Assembly: GCA_046563655.1 (NCBI GenBank)
Contig: CM102284.1
Location: 8,990,001-9,054,000, forward strand
Direction of reading: 5' to 3'
DNA: 64,000 bases
Source of the DNA: Yuukianura sp. NJ FZ-2021
Taxonomy: Eukaryota
The notes below the pieces were generated by a model that saw only the letters and a list, made by a program, of their open reading frames with translations, had not been told where the DNA came from and made no database searches. Every line of letters begins with the position of its first letter. Within the stretch, counting starts at the first letter, position 1. A program made the translations under genes and the position numbers. Shown here piece by piece: positions 1-11,315 of the stretch.

Positions 1-462
1 TTCCAGCATCATTTAGCAACCATAATTGCGTCATTTTCACTCCCAAATCCACTTTCTGTGCCAACAGAAGACATTAGGATGACGACTTTCTCTCATCAAA
101 ATTTCCATAAAATTTTGGCAAAAGCTTCACCATCACCCTCTTTGGTTTTTGTAATCAGGAATTAATGGTCCAACGTCCTCAAATTTACATCGAATAAATT
201 AAGGTTACGACCACTTTACACTTTCCCTTAAACACAAAACCTATTTTTAGGCTAAGGAATTTTCCCCAACCTAATCTCAACCTAAAAATCAATTCCGCGA
301 AAGATTCAAAATTTCTTCAACTTTTCGGAAACTCCAAATTTTCTCAGTTTTCAAACTTTCTCTAATCCTTCAAACGGTAACTAAAACTTTTGTAGCGAAA
401 CTACGACAAAAGTGAACTTTTTTTTTTTGAAGTTGTAAATTTTCAAAAAACCTTTGTAATAA

Positions 463-655
463 TTTGTCTATTTTTAGAAGGCACTTTGTTTTTGTAGTTT
501 TTTCGCTACGCTTATAGAAATACTCAGTTTTTCAAAAATACTTTCTCAATTTAGTTTGTATACAAAATTTCACAAAATTGATCATTTCTCGGTTAACACA
601 ATAAAGAGACTGAAATTTTTTCAAATTTGAAAAGTGCCTTCTAAAAATAGACAAA
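463..655. repeat. Perfect 25-bp inverted repeat pair (possible MITE remnant/hairpin)
   Basis: TTTGTCTATTTTTAGAAGGCACTTT (463-487) is the exact reverse complement of AAAGTGCCTTCTAAAAATAGACAAA (631-655). Confidence 0.8.
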
Positions 656-3600
656 CTAGTTTGAAATTTTGAAATTTTGGGCATAAGTTGAGGCTAGGCT
701 GATGTTAAGTTTTAGAATAATTGAAATAAGTAGCAGTTGAGGTTGATTGTTGTTTTAATTGAAGTTTACTTTGAAGTGGGAACTTTAGGCTGCTTGATTC
801 TAGTGAGAGTGATTCTAATTAATTAATTAATTGTGTTTGGATTAAGACTGAGAGTGGGACAAAGGGAGAGGGACTTAAGGGAGTGCAGGAGAAAGTGGAG
901 CGGTGAAAGTGCTCGTGGTGCCTAATGATCCAGAACTTCTGGATTTCCTCTCGAAAAGACTCTATGAGTTCTCTTCTAATATTTGCTTTCTTCCCACAGC
1001 CTTTCCGGAAAAACCTTGTTTTCACTTTCACTTTTCCCTCTCTTTTCGTTTTTCAAAAAAAAGAGAGGGAAACACGGAAGACGAGAGAAAGGGTTGTTTA
1101 AAGATTTAACACGTTTCACAACACAAAATTTTCACCTGAACTCTATCCGTTCCGCTGCAGGCTTAACTTAAGATCAATACAATATCAAAAAAATTGGAAA
1201 AAATTTTTTTGTTGGAGAAAATTTTGTAGGAATTTTGAAAACCTAATCTCCTGTTCATAAGCTCCTGGCTTAAAACTTCGTTCAAACTCACATAAGAAGG
1301 TAAAATCATATTCAACTTTCACTTTTTCGAAAAAGGAGAAAAGTTAATTGAATTTTGAAAGTTGAGGAAAGGCTGGGAGGAAGACTGTAGTTTAGCATAG
1401 ACTAATTTCCTCCGCAACTGCACTGCACTTTTTTTTTAATTTTAGCCAAAAAAGTAAGAAGATGAAGAAAATTTGTTAAACTTTCTCTTTCTTATGGAAA
1501 TTTTGTTACTTCTTTCCTTTATCCCTCCACCAACTGACACTAACTTCCACTTCGCTCGAAGAAAGCTAAGCTCAAGAGAACTTCAACCACTGACGTCATT
1601 CTCCTAATCATTTTTCATTTCCTTTTTCAAAATTTCGAAATTTAAGTTTGTCCTAATTTTAAATTTAGCAGTTTCCCTAACTTCCTGTTTTTTGTCTCTT
1701 TTTTAAACCTACTAAAAAATTTCCTCTCTAAAAAAGTGAAAGTCTGCTACAAATAAGAGAAGCTTTTGTTTTCCTGAGTTTTATTAATTTCGAACAGAAC
1801 TTTTTCTGAAACTGACATTTTAATTGTTTTCGTTTTTTGAAAATTGAATTACTTCTTTTGTGTTTACTGAGCTGAAAATGAAATGAACAAAGAAGAATTC
1901 GCATTGTATCAAAATCGGACTGACGAAATCCGAATTCCTTTTGTAATCAACCAGCGATTTGTAAAAAAAATTTGGTTTTCAAAAAAAATTCTTTTGCTTT
2001 CTTCACAAAAGAAAGTGCAGAGTAAGATCATTCGTTGTCTAAAGCATCATTTGTCAAAATCTTTTCAAAAAATGTTTTCATAAAATCAAAAACCTTTCTC
2101 GAAATCTGAGTATTTTCTGCCAGATTCGTTTCCAGTTGAATTCAGAAAAGGAAGAAAGTTTCACATTTGCTGTCCATGTTTTCTCCTGTTTTCTTTGCAA
2201 CAAAGTTTTTCTCCCTCGTGGATTTCGGAGTTGATCTCTCCAAAGTTTTCTTTTCTTGTTTCTAAAGATGCAAGAGGTCAAAGGTCAAACCACAAAAGAG
2301 ATCATGTTACTTCACTAAGAATAGAAGTAAAGGTTGAGTGGCCAAGTCAAGACAAGAAAAGAATTGTGATGATTCGAGAACAAAAGCAGAGTAATATTTC
2401 TTCTTCCCAACTCTAATTCTTCTCTTGCTCGTAACATAACATAACCTGACTAACCTAACCTCATTCTTTCTCCTAATTCCTCTTACATCCAATCCAATTA
2501 GAGCAGAGTTCCTCTCGTTTTCTGTCAATAACAACACTAGAATGCCCCGTTGCAGAAAAAAGTTCGACAAAGTTTAGAGAAGCGGAGAAAGTTTTTAGAA
2601 TCCACAAAAATCCAATAATTGATCATCTTATCTACACAGCCAAAATTTCGAAAAAAAAAAAATGCCGAATTTTTTTTCCTTCTCATTCCATCAATCTTCC
2701 AATTCTCTGCTTTCACTTTTTCCATTTCAAACTTTCTCCATCTCTTTTTTTTTATAAGTGCAAAATCGGGAACAAAGTTTTTGGCCAGCGAGAGTGGAAT
2801 TCTTCCGCTCACTTTCATTTTTTTAGTCCAAAAATTTTCAGTTTCCTTTCTTCAAAAAGTGATTTTTTTTTGGAAAAGTGAAAAGTACGGAAGGAAGTGA
2901 CAATTGTGGAGATCTTTGTGTGACTAGTGAGACAAGATGACAGGTTGAGATGGGCAGAGCCCAGCATTTTTCAAGCGGCCATTTGACAGGCCGTGGTAAA
3001 AAGAGCAAATAGAAATGTCAGAATCCTCATGTCAAATGCGTCAAAGTCTTTTCGTACAGAAAATCAATCGGAAAAGGATGAAACATGGGTGGAGTAAGTA
3101 GAAGTTTCAATTTTGGTTAGAAAGAAAAATAACACAGGAGAAAAAACTTTCTCTCTTTTTCTTTCACTTCATTTTGGGAATGTCGTTTATCATTAATTTT
3201 GATGTTGTTTTTGCAACAGGGCGTTTCCCGCCGCCACCCAACCAGACATAAAGTGAACAAAAACTGAGTAAAAGTAAAAGTTGTTTAGGTAAAGTAAGAA
3301 AGTCGTTTTGGCGTCTGTGGAGATGTAGTGCGGATGAAGTGTTGTAAATTAATTTTATGCTTTCCCACCCCTCCTGTGGTGCCTTTCCTTGGAAATGGGC
3401 CAGAAAATCAAAGAAACCAGAAATCCATGACAAAATTTTCTCCGCTTTTCTGCTTCTTCTTTTGACAAAATGAGAAAATGTGGAACACGGGAAGAACTAA
3501 ATTCATCTGAAGAAAAAAACTTCACAAAAACCAGTAGAGGGTTACCCCAGAATTAGTAAATGAGTAAATTAAAAAGAGAAATACTATGTATAAGTTATAT

Positions 3601-3730
3601 TAAATAATTTATAATAATATAAATAAAATTTATTATATAATTATAATAATACGCCGTATAAAAATTAATTACTCTACAGGATGGAAGTTTTTTTCAAATT
3701 TTTTAAAGTTGAAAAGTTACATCCAACACC

Positions 3731-4055
3731 TCCCCTCTCAGCTCAGTTAGACAGCTGAGTGGAGTGAGTTACTAGCCGTTAGACAGGGGTTGTGGGTTCA
3801 AATCCCACCAGGCCTTGCAAAATGTTATAACGATATCCGGCGCCGGGTATGATCTACGTGTTATTTAATCAAGTTAAAACTAGTCCAGTCCTTCGACTAA
3901 CCTGTAACGTTCAGCCGCGCGGCTTGTTCACGTGAATCGTTTAATAAGTTTGTCTGCGCAGACAAAAGCACAATTTCAATACTCAACCGAGCTTTGGTTT
4001 GGTTGTACCTCTCTGCCTGTAGCTTAAGTAAAGCGCCTGTACGGTTAAAGAAAGT
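3731..4055 (+). mobile_element. tRNA-derived SINE-like element (or tRNA pseudogene with body)
   Basis: A-box-like TCAGCTCAGTTAG (3738-3750); perfect T-arm GTGGG-TTCAAAT-CCCAC containing the B box (3792-3808); no clean acceptor or anticodon stem; followed by a ~250-bp body richer in GC than the flanks. The 3' end is approximate. Confidence 0.65.
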
Positions 4056-6124
4056 AACTCCTTTTTTTGTTGATTCAGATTGTTTTTAAGTTTGAACGCT
4101 TTTCGTTGAGGTTTTACATGTTTCACTGCCTGGCTTTTTTAAATTGTCAAAATCGGGGTGAACGTTTCCCGTAGGTGTGAATTCCACTTTTCTCCTCTTT
4201 TTTTTTTGGAGATCCAAAGAATAGATCCCATAATCTCCTTGTTGGCTCAACACAAGAACTTTTCGAACAATCCAACCGAGTTTCACTTTTTTAAAAGTTT
4301 TTTTTCGTGTGCTGAAACTGTTAGGAAGTTAAGATCCGTGGGTGAACTACATAGGAAAGCCTTTCGGAAAAAAGCGAGGTGGAAAGAAAAATCCTTTGAC
4401 TTTCTCCAGTGAGTCGATGGACTCCCTTTCACATACTACTGCCAGCATATCCAGCACATCTCTTGAAGGATACTGGAGGAGTGGAATGCCGATTGAATCA
4501 GGAATTGGTTCGGGATGAGGCTTGACAGGAATTTGAATTAGGAAATCATTCAAAGGAACTGTCAAACTGACACTCTTCTTCCTTAACATCCCGCAACTGT
4601 CGCCCTAAACTCCACCACTTCCGTCATTCCAAGGCAAAATGAATAACAAAAGACCATCAATCCACTTTCAACTTCACTTCAAACGAATAAGGAAATTTAA
4701 AATTTCAAAATTTTGGCTAAATCCATTTTTTAGTCCTTTCTCCCACGTTCAGTCCATTTTTAAGCAAATGAAGTCAAAAACAATCGTTTTGAAGAAGAAT
4801 TTCGCAAAATACTCGAAAATAACCGAAATTTGAAATCGCAAATACAAAATGTATTGGAACATTTTTTTCGATTTTTTTTTTGAAAAAATGCTCTTTCATT
4901 GGCTTTAATCCTTAGTTTGACTTTCTCCAAGAGTGTTCTGGCGATTAGGCTAGCATGTGCTGGATTAGGTTAGGATTAGGATAGCGTGGTCTTGAGCACT
5001 GATGAGGCAGTTAGGTTTAGTAGGTTGGACGTGCAGTTTTGGACGTTAGGAATAAGTTCCGGATGTGCTAATTAATTAGGAAGGAGTTTCCTTGTCCAAT
5101 AAGCTTATCCTCGTCCAAGTCCAATTGACACAGTGGGAAGAGGCGACAGCGGAGCACAAACTTTTGTCATGCCAAATGACAATTAGGCTCAAGGACTATT
5201 AGAACTTTCCAACTCAACTTTCCCTTCACTTTTCCTCCGAGGCATGTCAGCAGCATGGAGAAAAGTATACTAAAAGCCTAGAATTTTGTAGAAGAAGCTA
5301 AAAACAGAATTCCAACGGTTGATTTCCACTGGGAATTTGTACAAAAGTAGCAAAGGCTCGGGGAAAACAAAGTTACAAAAGATTTCCTTAATTCCCTGCT
5401 CCTCTCAAAACAGAAGTGAAGCACCAGTTAGTCTAAATTCACACAAATGGAAAGTAAAACGACTTTCGCCAAAAACAAAAAGAGAAAGTTCCACTCTTAT
5501 TCAAATTTAAACAGGGTTCGAAAATTACGGTATTTTTGCCGAAAACTACGTAACTTACGTAATTATCGTAACTTACGTAATCTACGTAAGATTGTAATTT
5601 TCAAAACAAGCCGCCTGCACCCCACTCCCATCCCCAAACCATAAACTATTAATATCTACTATCTAATTGCGTTAAAAATCAAACCAAGGCCTGATAGAAA
5701 TATACTGCGGTAGACAATATTTACTACTATTTTATTTTTAAGACTAAACTAACACACTTAACGCAATTAACACAAATAGTTCGAGAAACATAACACTAAT
5801 TATTCCATTGCCATCACATCTAACTCTTCCTCAGGCTCGCTTATGATTACTCCAATCTCATCACCTCTCACCGTCTTTTTTTTGGTGTCGCATGTCGGCA
5901 TGTTCCACCTCCCACTCAAACTTTACCGATCAGTTTAAAAGAGTAAATATTTCTTAGTTAGTTTAAAGTAACTTATTGTTTCTGAAGTTATTATTCATGC
6001 AACACTAACTTAATTTTTTTTTTCGAAAATATGTTTGTTTCTGAATCTTAAAAAAATATTTAGAAGTAAAAATTTGTGGAATAACTTTACTATCGTGTAC
6101 TACCACCGATTTTTTTTCAAATTT

Positions 6125-6178
6125 CCTAACCTAACCTAACCTAACCTAACCAATCCTAACCTAACCTAACCTAACCTA
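6125..6178 (+). repeat. Interstitial (CCTAA)n = (TTAGG)n telomere-like tract
   Basis: About 10 CCTAA units with one interruption. Confidence 0.9.
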
Positions 6179-7080
6179 TTTCTCGAGCAGACTGCTCGAA
6201 GAATATCCTGGTATTTCTCGAGCAGACTGCTCGAAGAATATCCTGGTATTTCCCGAGCAGACTGCTCGAAGAATATCCTGGAATTTCTCGAGCAGACTGC
6301 TCGAGAATTATCCTGGTATTTCTCGAGCAGACTGCTCGAGAATTATCCTGGTATTTCTCGAGCAGACTGCTCGAAGAATATCCTGGTATTTCCCGAGCAG
6401 ACTGCTCGAAGAATATCCTGGTATTTCTCGAGCAGACTGCTCGAGAATTATCCTGGTATTTCTCGAGCAGACTGCTCGAAGAATATCCTGGTATTTCTCG
6501 AGCAGACTGCTCGAAGAATATCCTGGTATTTCCCGAGCAGACTGCTCGAAGAATATCCTGGTATTTCTCGAGCAGACTGCTCGAAGAATATCCTGGTATT
6601 TCTCGAGCAGACTGCTCGAAGAATATCCTGGTATTTCCCGAGCAGACTGCTCGAAGAATATCCTGGTATTTCTCGAGCAGACTGCTCGAGAATTATCCTG
6701 GTATTTCTCGAGCAGACTGCTCGAGAATTATCCTGGTATTTCTCGAGCAGACTGCTCGAAGAATATCCTGGTATTTCTCGAGCAGACTGCTCGAAGAATA
6801 TCCTGGTATTTCCCGAGCAGACTGCTCGAAGAATATCCTGGTATTTCTCGAGCAGACTGCTCGAGAATTATCCTGGTATTTCTCGAGCAGACTGCTCGAG
6901 AATTATCCTGGTATTTTTCGAGCAGACTGCTCGAGAATTATCCTGGTATTTTTCGAGCAGACTGCTCGAAAAATATCCTGGTATTTTTCGAGCAGACTGC
7001 TCGAGAATTATCCTGGTATTTCTCGAGCAGACTGCTCGAGAATTATCCTGGGATTTCTCGAGCAGTCTGCTCGAGAAAAA
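6179..7080. repeat. 35-bp tandem satellite, ~26 copies, with palindromic core
   Basis: Unit TTTCTCGAGCAGACTGCTCGAAGAATATCCTGGTA with variants GAGAATTA and TCCCGAG; exact 35-bp period (6181, 6216, 6251 ... 7056); core CTCGAGCAG-A-CTGCTCGA(G). Confidence 0.97.
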
Positions 7081-8861
7081 ACCGAAAAAATAATCATCTA
7101 AATCACTGCTCTTTTGTTATTTTGGCCTTCTCCCGCTCCCCTGACTCCTACGCTGTCTCCCTCCCGCGTAAAATTCAAAAGAATGAAAATTTCGAAAATT
7201 ACAACCCCTCTGAAAATTACGTAACTTACGTACGTAAGTTACGTATGTTACAGGACGTAAGTTACAGCCTTCGAACCCTGAATTTAAATAATGTTATACA
7301 AAAATTTAAAATTTGTGTTGAAAAACGAAATTCGGAGATTTTTGTTTCTGTTAGTACTTCGATCATGTTTTGAAAATTTCAAAATACCAGCAGATCGAAG
7401 TATTAATTAAATAAAAAGTTTTTTCTTTTCTCGGTTTTTTTTTTTGAAATTAATGAAGATGGTGAGACATGGATTGCATGGCATGCTCGGATTTGAGAAA
7501 AAGAAAAGTAAAAAGTTTATCAAAATTTAATTCTGGACTTCATTTCACGTCTTCCGCCTTTTCAACAAAAGTTTCTATTTTCGAAAACTTCACTTTTTTA
7601 CATTTCAACTTTCTTTATTAAATTACTATTCGAAGCGCGAGTTAAAAAGTCTTTCTTAGAGAAGATTTTGAAACTTTTTGTGAAAAATTGAAGCGTCGGA
7701 TCCACGCAAAGCAAATTAACACGTCCTTGCTAAAAAAAAAAGTGAAAGCTTGAGAAAAAAAAAGATTGAAGGCATTTTTTTTTCATTAGTGAGTTTGTGC
7801 TACGTTAATAATTTAATAGTACTTGAAATGAAATTGGTCGGAAGTGAATTTAGTACAGGACTAAGCATAAGATATGCTCTGTTTCTATCCGAATTTGGTG
7901 AAATTGAACACGACTAAAAGGCAAAATTGGAAACCGCCTTGACAGGTTTGGTTTGAGGTTTTTGGCATCAGTGGGCTTGGCTCACCTCCAGATTTCACAC
8001 TTAACAAGATCCAGGAGACAATCAAGTGTCCAAATCTGAAATCTCATAGCATTTTACTTGCACTTTTACAAAATCTACGACTAGGACATTATTACAGCCC
8101 TCAATTCAGCCAAAGTTCGACGTCAAAATGAACTGAATTGGTGAAAGTTGCAGTCTATGGTGCAACTTTCTTTAAATTATTAATGCAAAACATGTTTTAC
8201 GTCTCGTTACCATTGACTTAATGTAAATTCCTAGGTAATGTTAACGTAATTGCGTTAATGTTACTTTAATTAAGAATGCAGTTGATTAGTTTCGACGCCA
8301 CTTTAAGCTTTTCCGCACTAGAAAGGTGGCTGACTTAAGGCGGAGGCCGCTGCATGTACCTCTTTTGCTTTGTGAAAACAATTAGCAGAACTTTGCCGTA
8401 CTTCATCCATCAGCTGATCTTATTCATGAAAAGAGTAAACAAGAAAGCAAACAGTGTCAGGGGTTTCTTTTTTAATTAGTACCTAAGTTCTTGATTAATA
8501 GTCCTCACGATTAATTGTTAACGTTTGTTCCTCGTTAGCAGTAGCACGTCACCCGGCCTATAGCCAATCGCATCAACCAAGGTCAAGAGAGAAATACAAA
8601 ATGTGACCGTTGTATCTATCAGCTGTTTGAGGTCGGTGACAAGGCAAGGACAACTGACAGATCAAGGTCAAGTATCTTCGGCAGAAGGGAAGTCGAGGTC
8701 AGTTATGTAAGTAAGACTAAGATTAGTTAGACAATTAAGAAGGTCGTTCTGTAGTAATTCATCTACAGGGTTAGCTTTATAGCTGTCGTATCACTTTCAC
8801 TCTATCACTGGCTGTATCAGTCGCTCCCTGTCGTATTTGGTTGGACAGTTGTCAGGATTCC

Positions 8862-10995
8862 ATGGAGAAGATGAAGTCTCAGATCAATAATTACACAAAC
8901 TACGAGATAGTAAGGACGAACATGGTGTTATTGAGAGGCCACGTTATTTCTACAAGTACCGTAAGCAATTTGGAAGTTAAGATTGGCTCATCCGAAGTAG
9001 ATACTCGCAGTATTCCTACCGGAAGTATCAGTTGTGTCAATAATTCGTTTTCAATTCTCATTCGACTTTCTGTAGGTACGAATTACATTTCATTGTATGG
9101 AGGCGATGGAGGCCGAGGTCAACTCATTGAGGAAGTTTGTCTGCTACGTGAAGATTGTCATCGTAGCAGCGATTCTTATGTCGTCCAGCCTCTTATCGTA
9201 ATGTCAGATTGTAGTGAAATAGACAGGGGTCACGAGGAATCTCAATTTGACAAGATAGAAACAGGTCTGTCAGTAGTTCAGTGGTACTTTTCAGAAAAGT
9301 TATACGAGGCTGGATTTAATCGTTCTAGTTTTTCGCTTAGGAGAGCTAGGATTATGACAGTTTCACTTGCTCCAGAGAGCATTCATAACATGACCTCCAC
9401 TGAGGTATGGGAACAACTAGCTCAGAAAATTAGAGGTGATCGGACATTGTGGTCAGACAGGGTCAAGTATGTTGCATTCTTGGTTCATCCTTGGAAACGT
9501 GAAGTAGCATTGGACAGGTCAAGTGTTTTTGCTCTGGAACCGCGAAGTGCAGTTGCCGCTGGTGGTTTAGTGCTAGTAGACTTTAAGTTAATGTTAACTT
9601 GGCCAGTGACACTGGACAAAGTATTTGCAACACTCCAAAGTGACAGTAAAGTTCCCGAGGAGGCCAGCTTGACACCATTCCTGAGGTAAGGACACTTATA
9701 ACTTCCAATTTATGAAGAAATTGTTCTTGACCTTCGACCTTGTTTGTTATAATCGTTCTATTTTGACTTTTTAGTACCGTTGGCCGAGTGTTTGGTGCAT
9801 CTCTGGGAATAGTGGCTCATGAAATGGGGCATGTTTTTGACCTTGGACATGAAGATGGAGGTCTAATGGGAAAAGACTTTCATCGATTTGCCCTTACGCT
9901 CCGCCCCAAACTTAAGAGCACTCTAGGAGGTCAAACGAAACGGGTTTACTTGACCTCTGGAAAAATTTATGAGGATCCAGTACAACTCTCACAGGCTTTT
10001 CTAACTTTACTTAATTACAATAGGTAAAAAAACGTTGTTACTGTAAAACCGGTTTGATTAATGCACGGGCATTCACTTTTTACTGCTCGATTTGTGTGCT
10101 TTGTGTTGCATGAACTAGGCAACGACCTGCCCTTGCTTTGTAATTTGCCTTAACACTTACGTTGGTCTCTCTCTGGGTTACTCATGTACTGGATAATCAA
10201 CTTTTTGGTTAAATTCCATTAACCCTGTTTATGTATTTGGTTCCTTTTAACGCGTTGTGTGAATACTAATTGAATTTTAATGTTGGATGAATTTTCAGGT
10301 GGTTTCAGTCCAGTAACGACAAGGAGACAGGATCTACCCAGCGACTGGATTTGGGTTCGTCAGCAATTTGTTTGGAAAAGTAAGTTTGTGTAACGATCAG
10401 TGTTGTTGGATATACACTTCTAGCATTTCTAGACCAGAAACCGGAAACTGGATTTCATCCGGATTTATCCAGTGGACATGGGATTTCATCCGGTTTATCC
10501 AGTGGATTCCATGCGGATTTATCCAGCACTGGATAAATCCGGATGAAATCCAGTTTCTGATGGACGAAATTGAGTTTCGTCCGGAAGAAAGTACTGGATG
10601 TATCCACTACTTTTGAGGAGAGTGAAAGAAATATTATCCAACCACACTTGTTATGGTCTTCAGTTAACATTAACATCAGTTAGCATGACATATTAACTTA
10701 ACATGTCAGTCGGATAGTTGATGTCCATTTTGACCTTCGCAGGAACCTGATCAAGTCCGGAACGAGACTGAGTGTCATTCAGGTACGAGAACCGGTCACG
10801 GGAAAAGCAATTGCCTCTTGGATTGGAACCGAAACAGACTGTAGATCAACATTTGCTCTCTCAAAACGACTAATACCGCGAGACTGGACTGAAAAAACAC
10901 TGGAAGTCCTTGTTCAAAATTCGTCCGGGATGGTGTTAAAACAAAGTCTGGATTTTACCACTCTCCCGGAAGGTCCAACGCCCATCAAACGCTAA
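8862..10995 (+). CDS. Putative zinc metallopeptidase (HExxHxxxxxH; resembles YIL108W-like/Metallopep family), 4 coding exons
   Basis: Exons 8862-9685, 9775-10023, 10299-10379 and 10743-10995 join in frame through GT-AG introns; motif HEMGHVFDLGH followed by a GLM Met-turn; no evident signal peptide. Confidence 0.8.
10408..10606. mobile_element. MITE-like palindromic insertion in intron 3 of the peptidase gene
   Basis: Perfect 31-bp inverted repeat 10444-10474 / 10527-10557 with internal GGATTTATCCAG-type sub-repeats; degenerate outer inverted repeat (TGGATA...TATCCA). Confidence 0.65.
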
Positions 10996-11315
10996 AATTT
11001 TGGTAAGTAAACTCATTAGTCGCAGAGGTCATCTGAAGGTGACACACACAATGCAAAAAAGTTATCGAAATTTAAACCTTCTTGCGAAAAAAAGTGGGTG
11101 AAGATAAGATAAAAAGTTATTGACGAAATGGACGACTCATCATGTCCATATTGGCCAATTTTTAGTGTTCTTTTAGTCTCGTCGAAAACTATTGTGTCTG
11201 TGTGTGTGACATTTCGGAGGTGACCTTTTACTTTTTTTGAATTTTGATGACATTTTTAGAACTTTTTTCTTCTTTTTCTTTAGTTTCACAAAGCCTTCAA
11301 GACTCTGTCAGCACA

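Larger units (their letters stand above)
5512..7280. mobile_element. Non-autonomous hAT-superfamily DNA transposon (1769 bp)
   Basis: TIRs CAGGGTTCGAA (5512-5522) and TTCGAACCCTG (7270-7280); identical 8-bp TSD AATTTAAA at 5504-5511 and 7281-7288; TTACGTAA-type subterminal repeats at both ends; no transposase ORF. Confidence 0.88.

Noticed and set aside
819-3433. Multiple short ORFs
   Set aside because: F/K-rich translations of A/T tracts, many with non-ATG starts and no coherent splice structure
3731-3815. Functional tRNA gene
   Set aside because: Acceptor and anticodon stems cannot be formed convincingly
4347-4589. 80-aa minus-strand ORF as a coding exon
   Set aside because: Somewhat GC-rich but no family motif and no partner exons found; cannot be supported
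6125-6178. True telomere or chromosome end
   Set aside because: Only ~54 bp, internal, and inside a TIR/TSD-bounded element
6179-7080. CRISPR array
   Set aside because: Palindromic 35-bp units are directly adjacent with no unique spacers, there are no cas genes, and the context is eukaryotic
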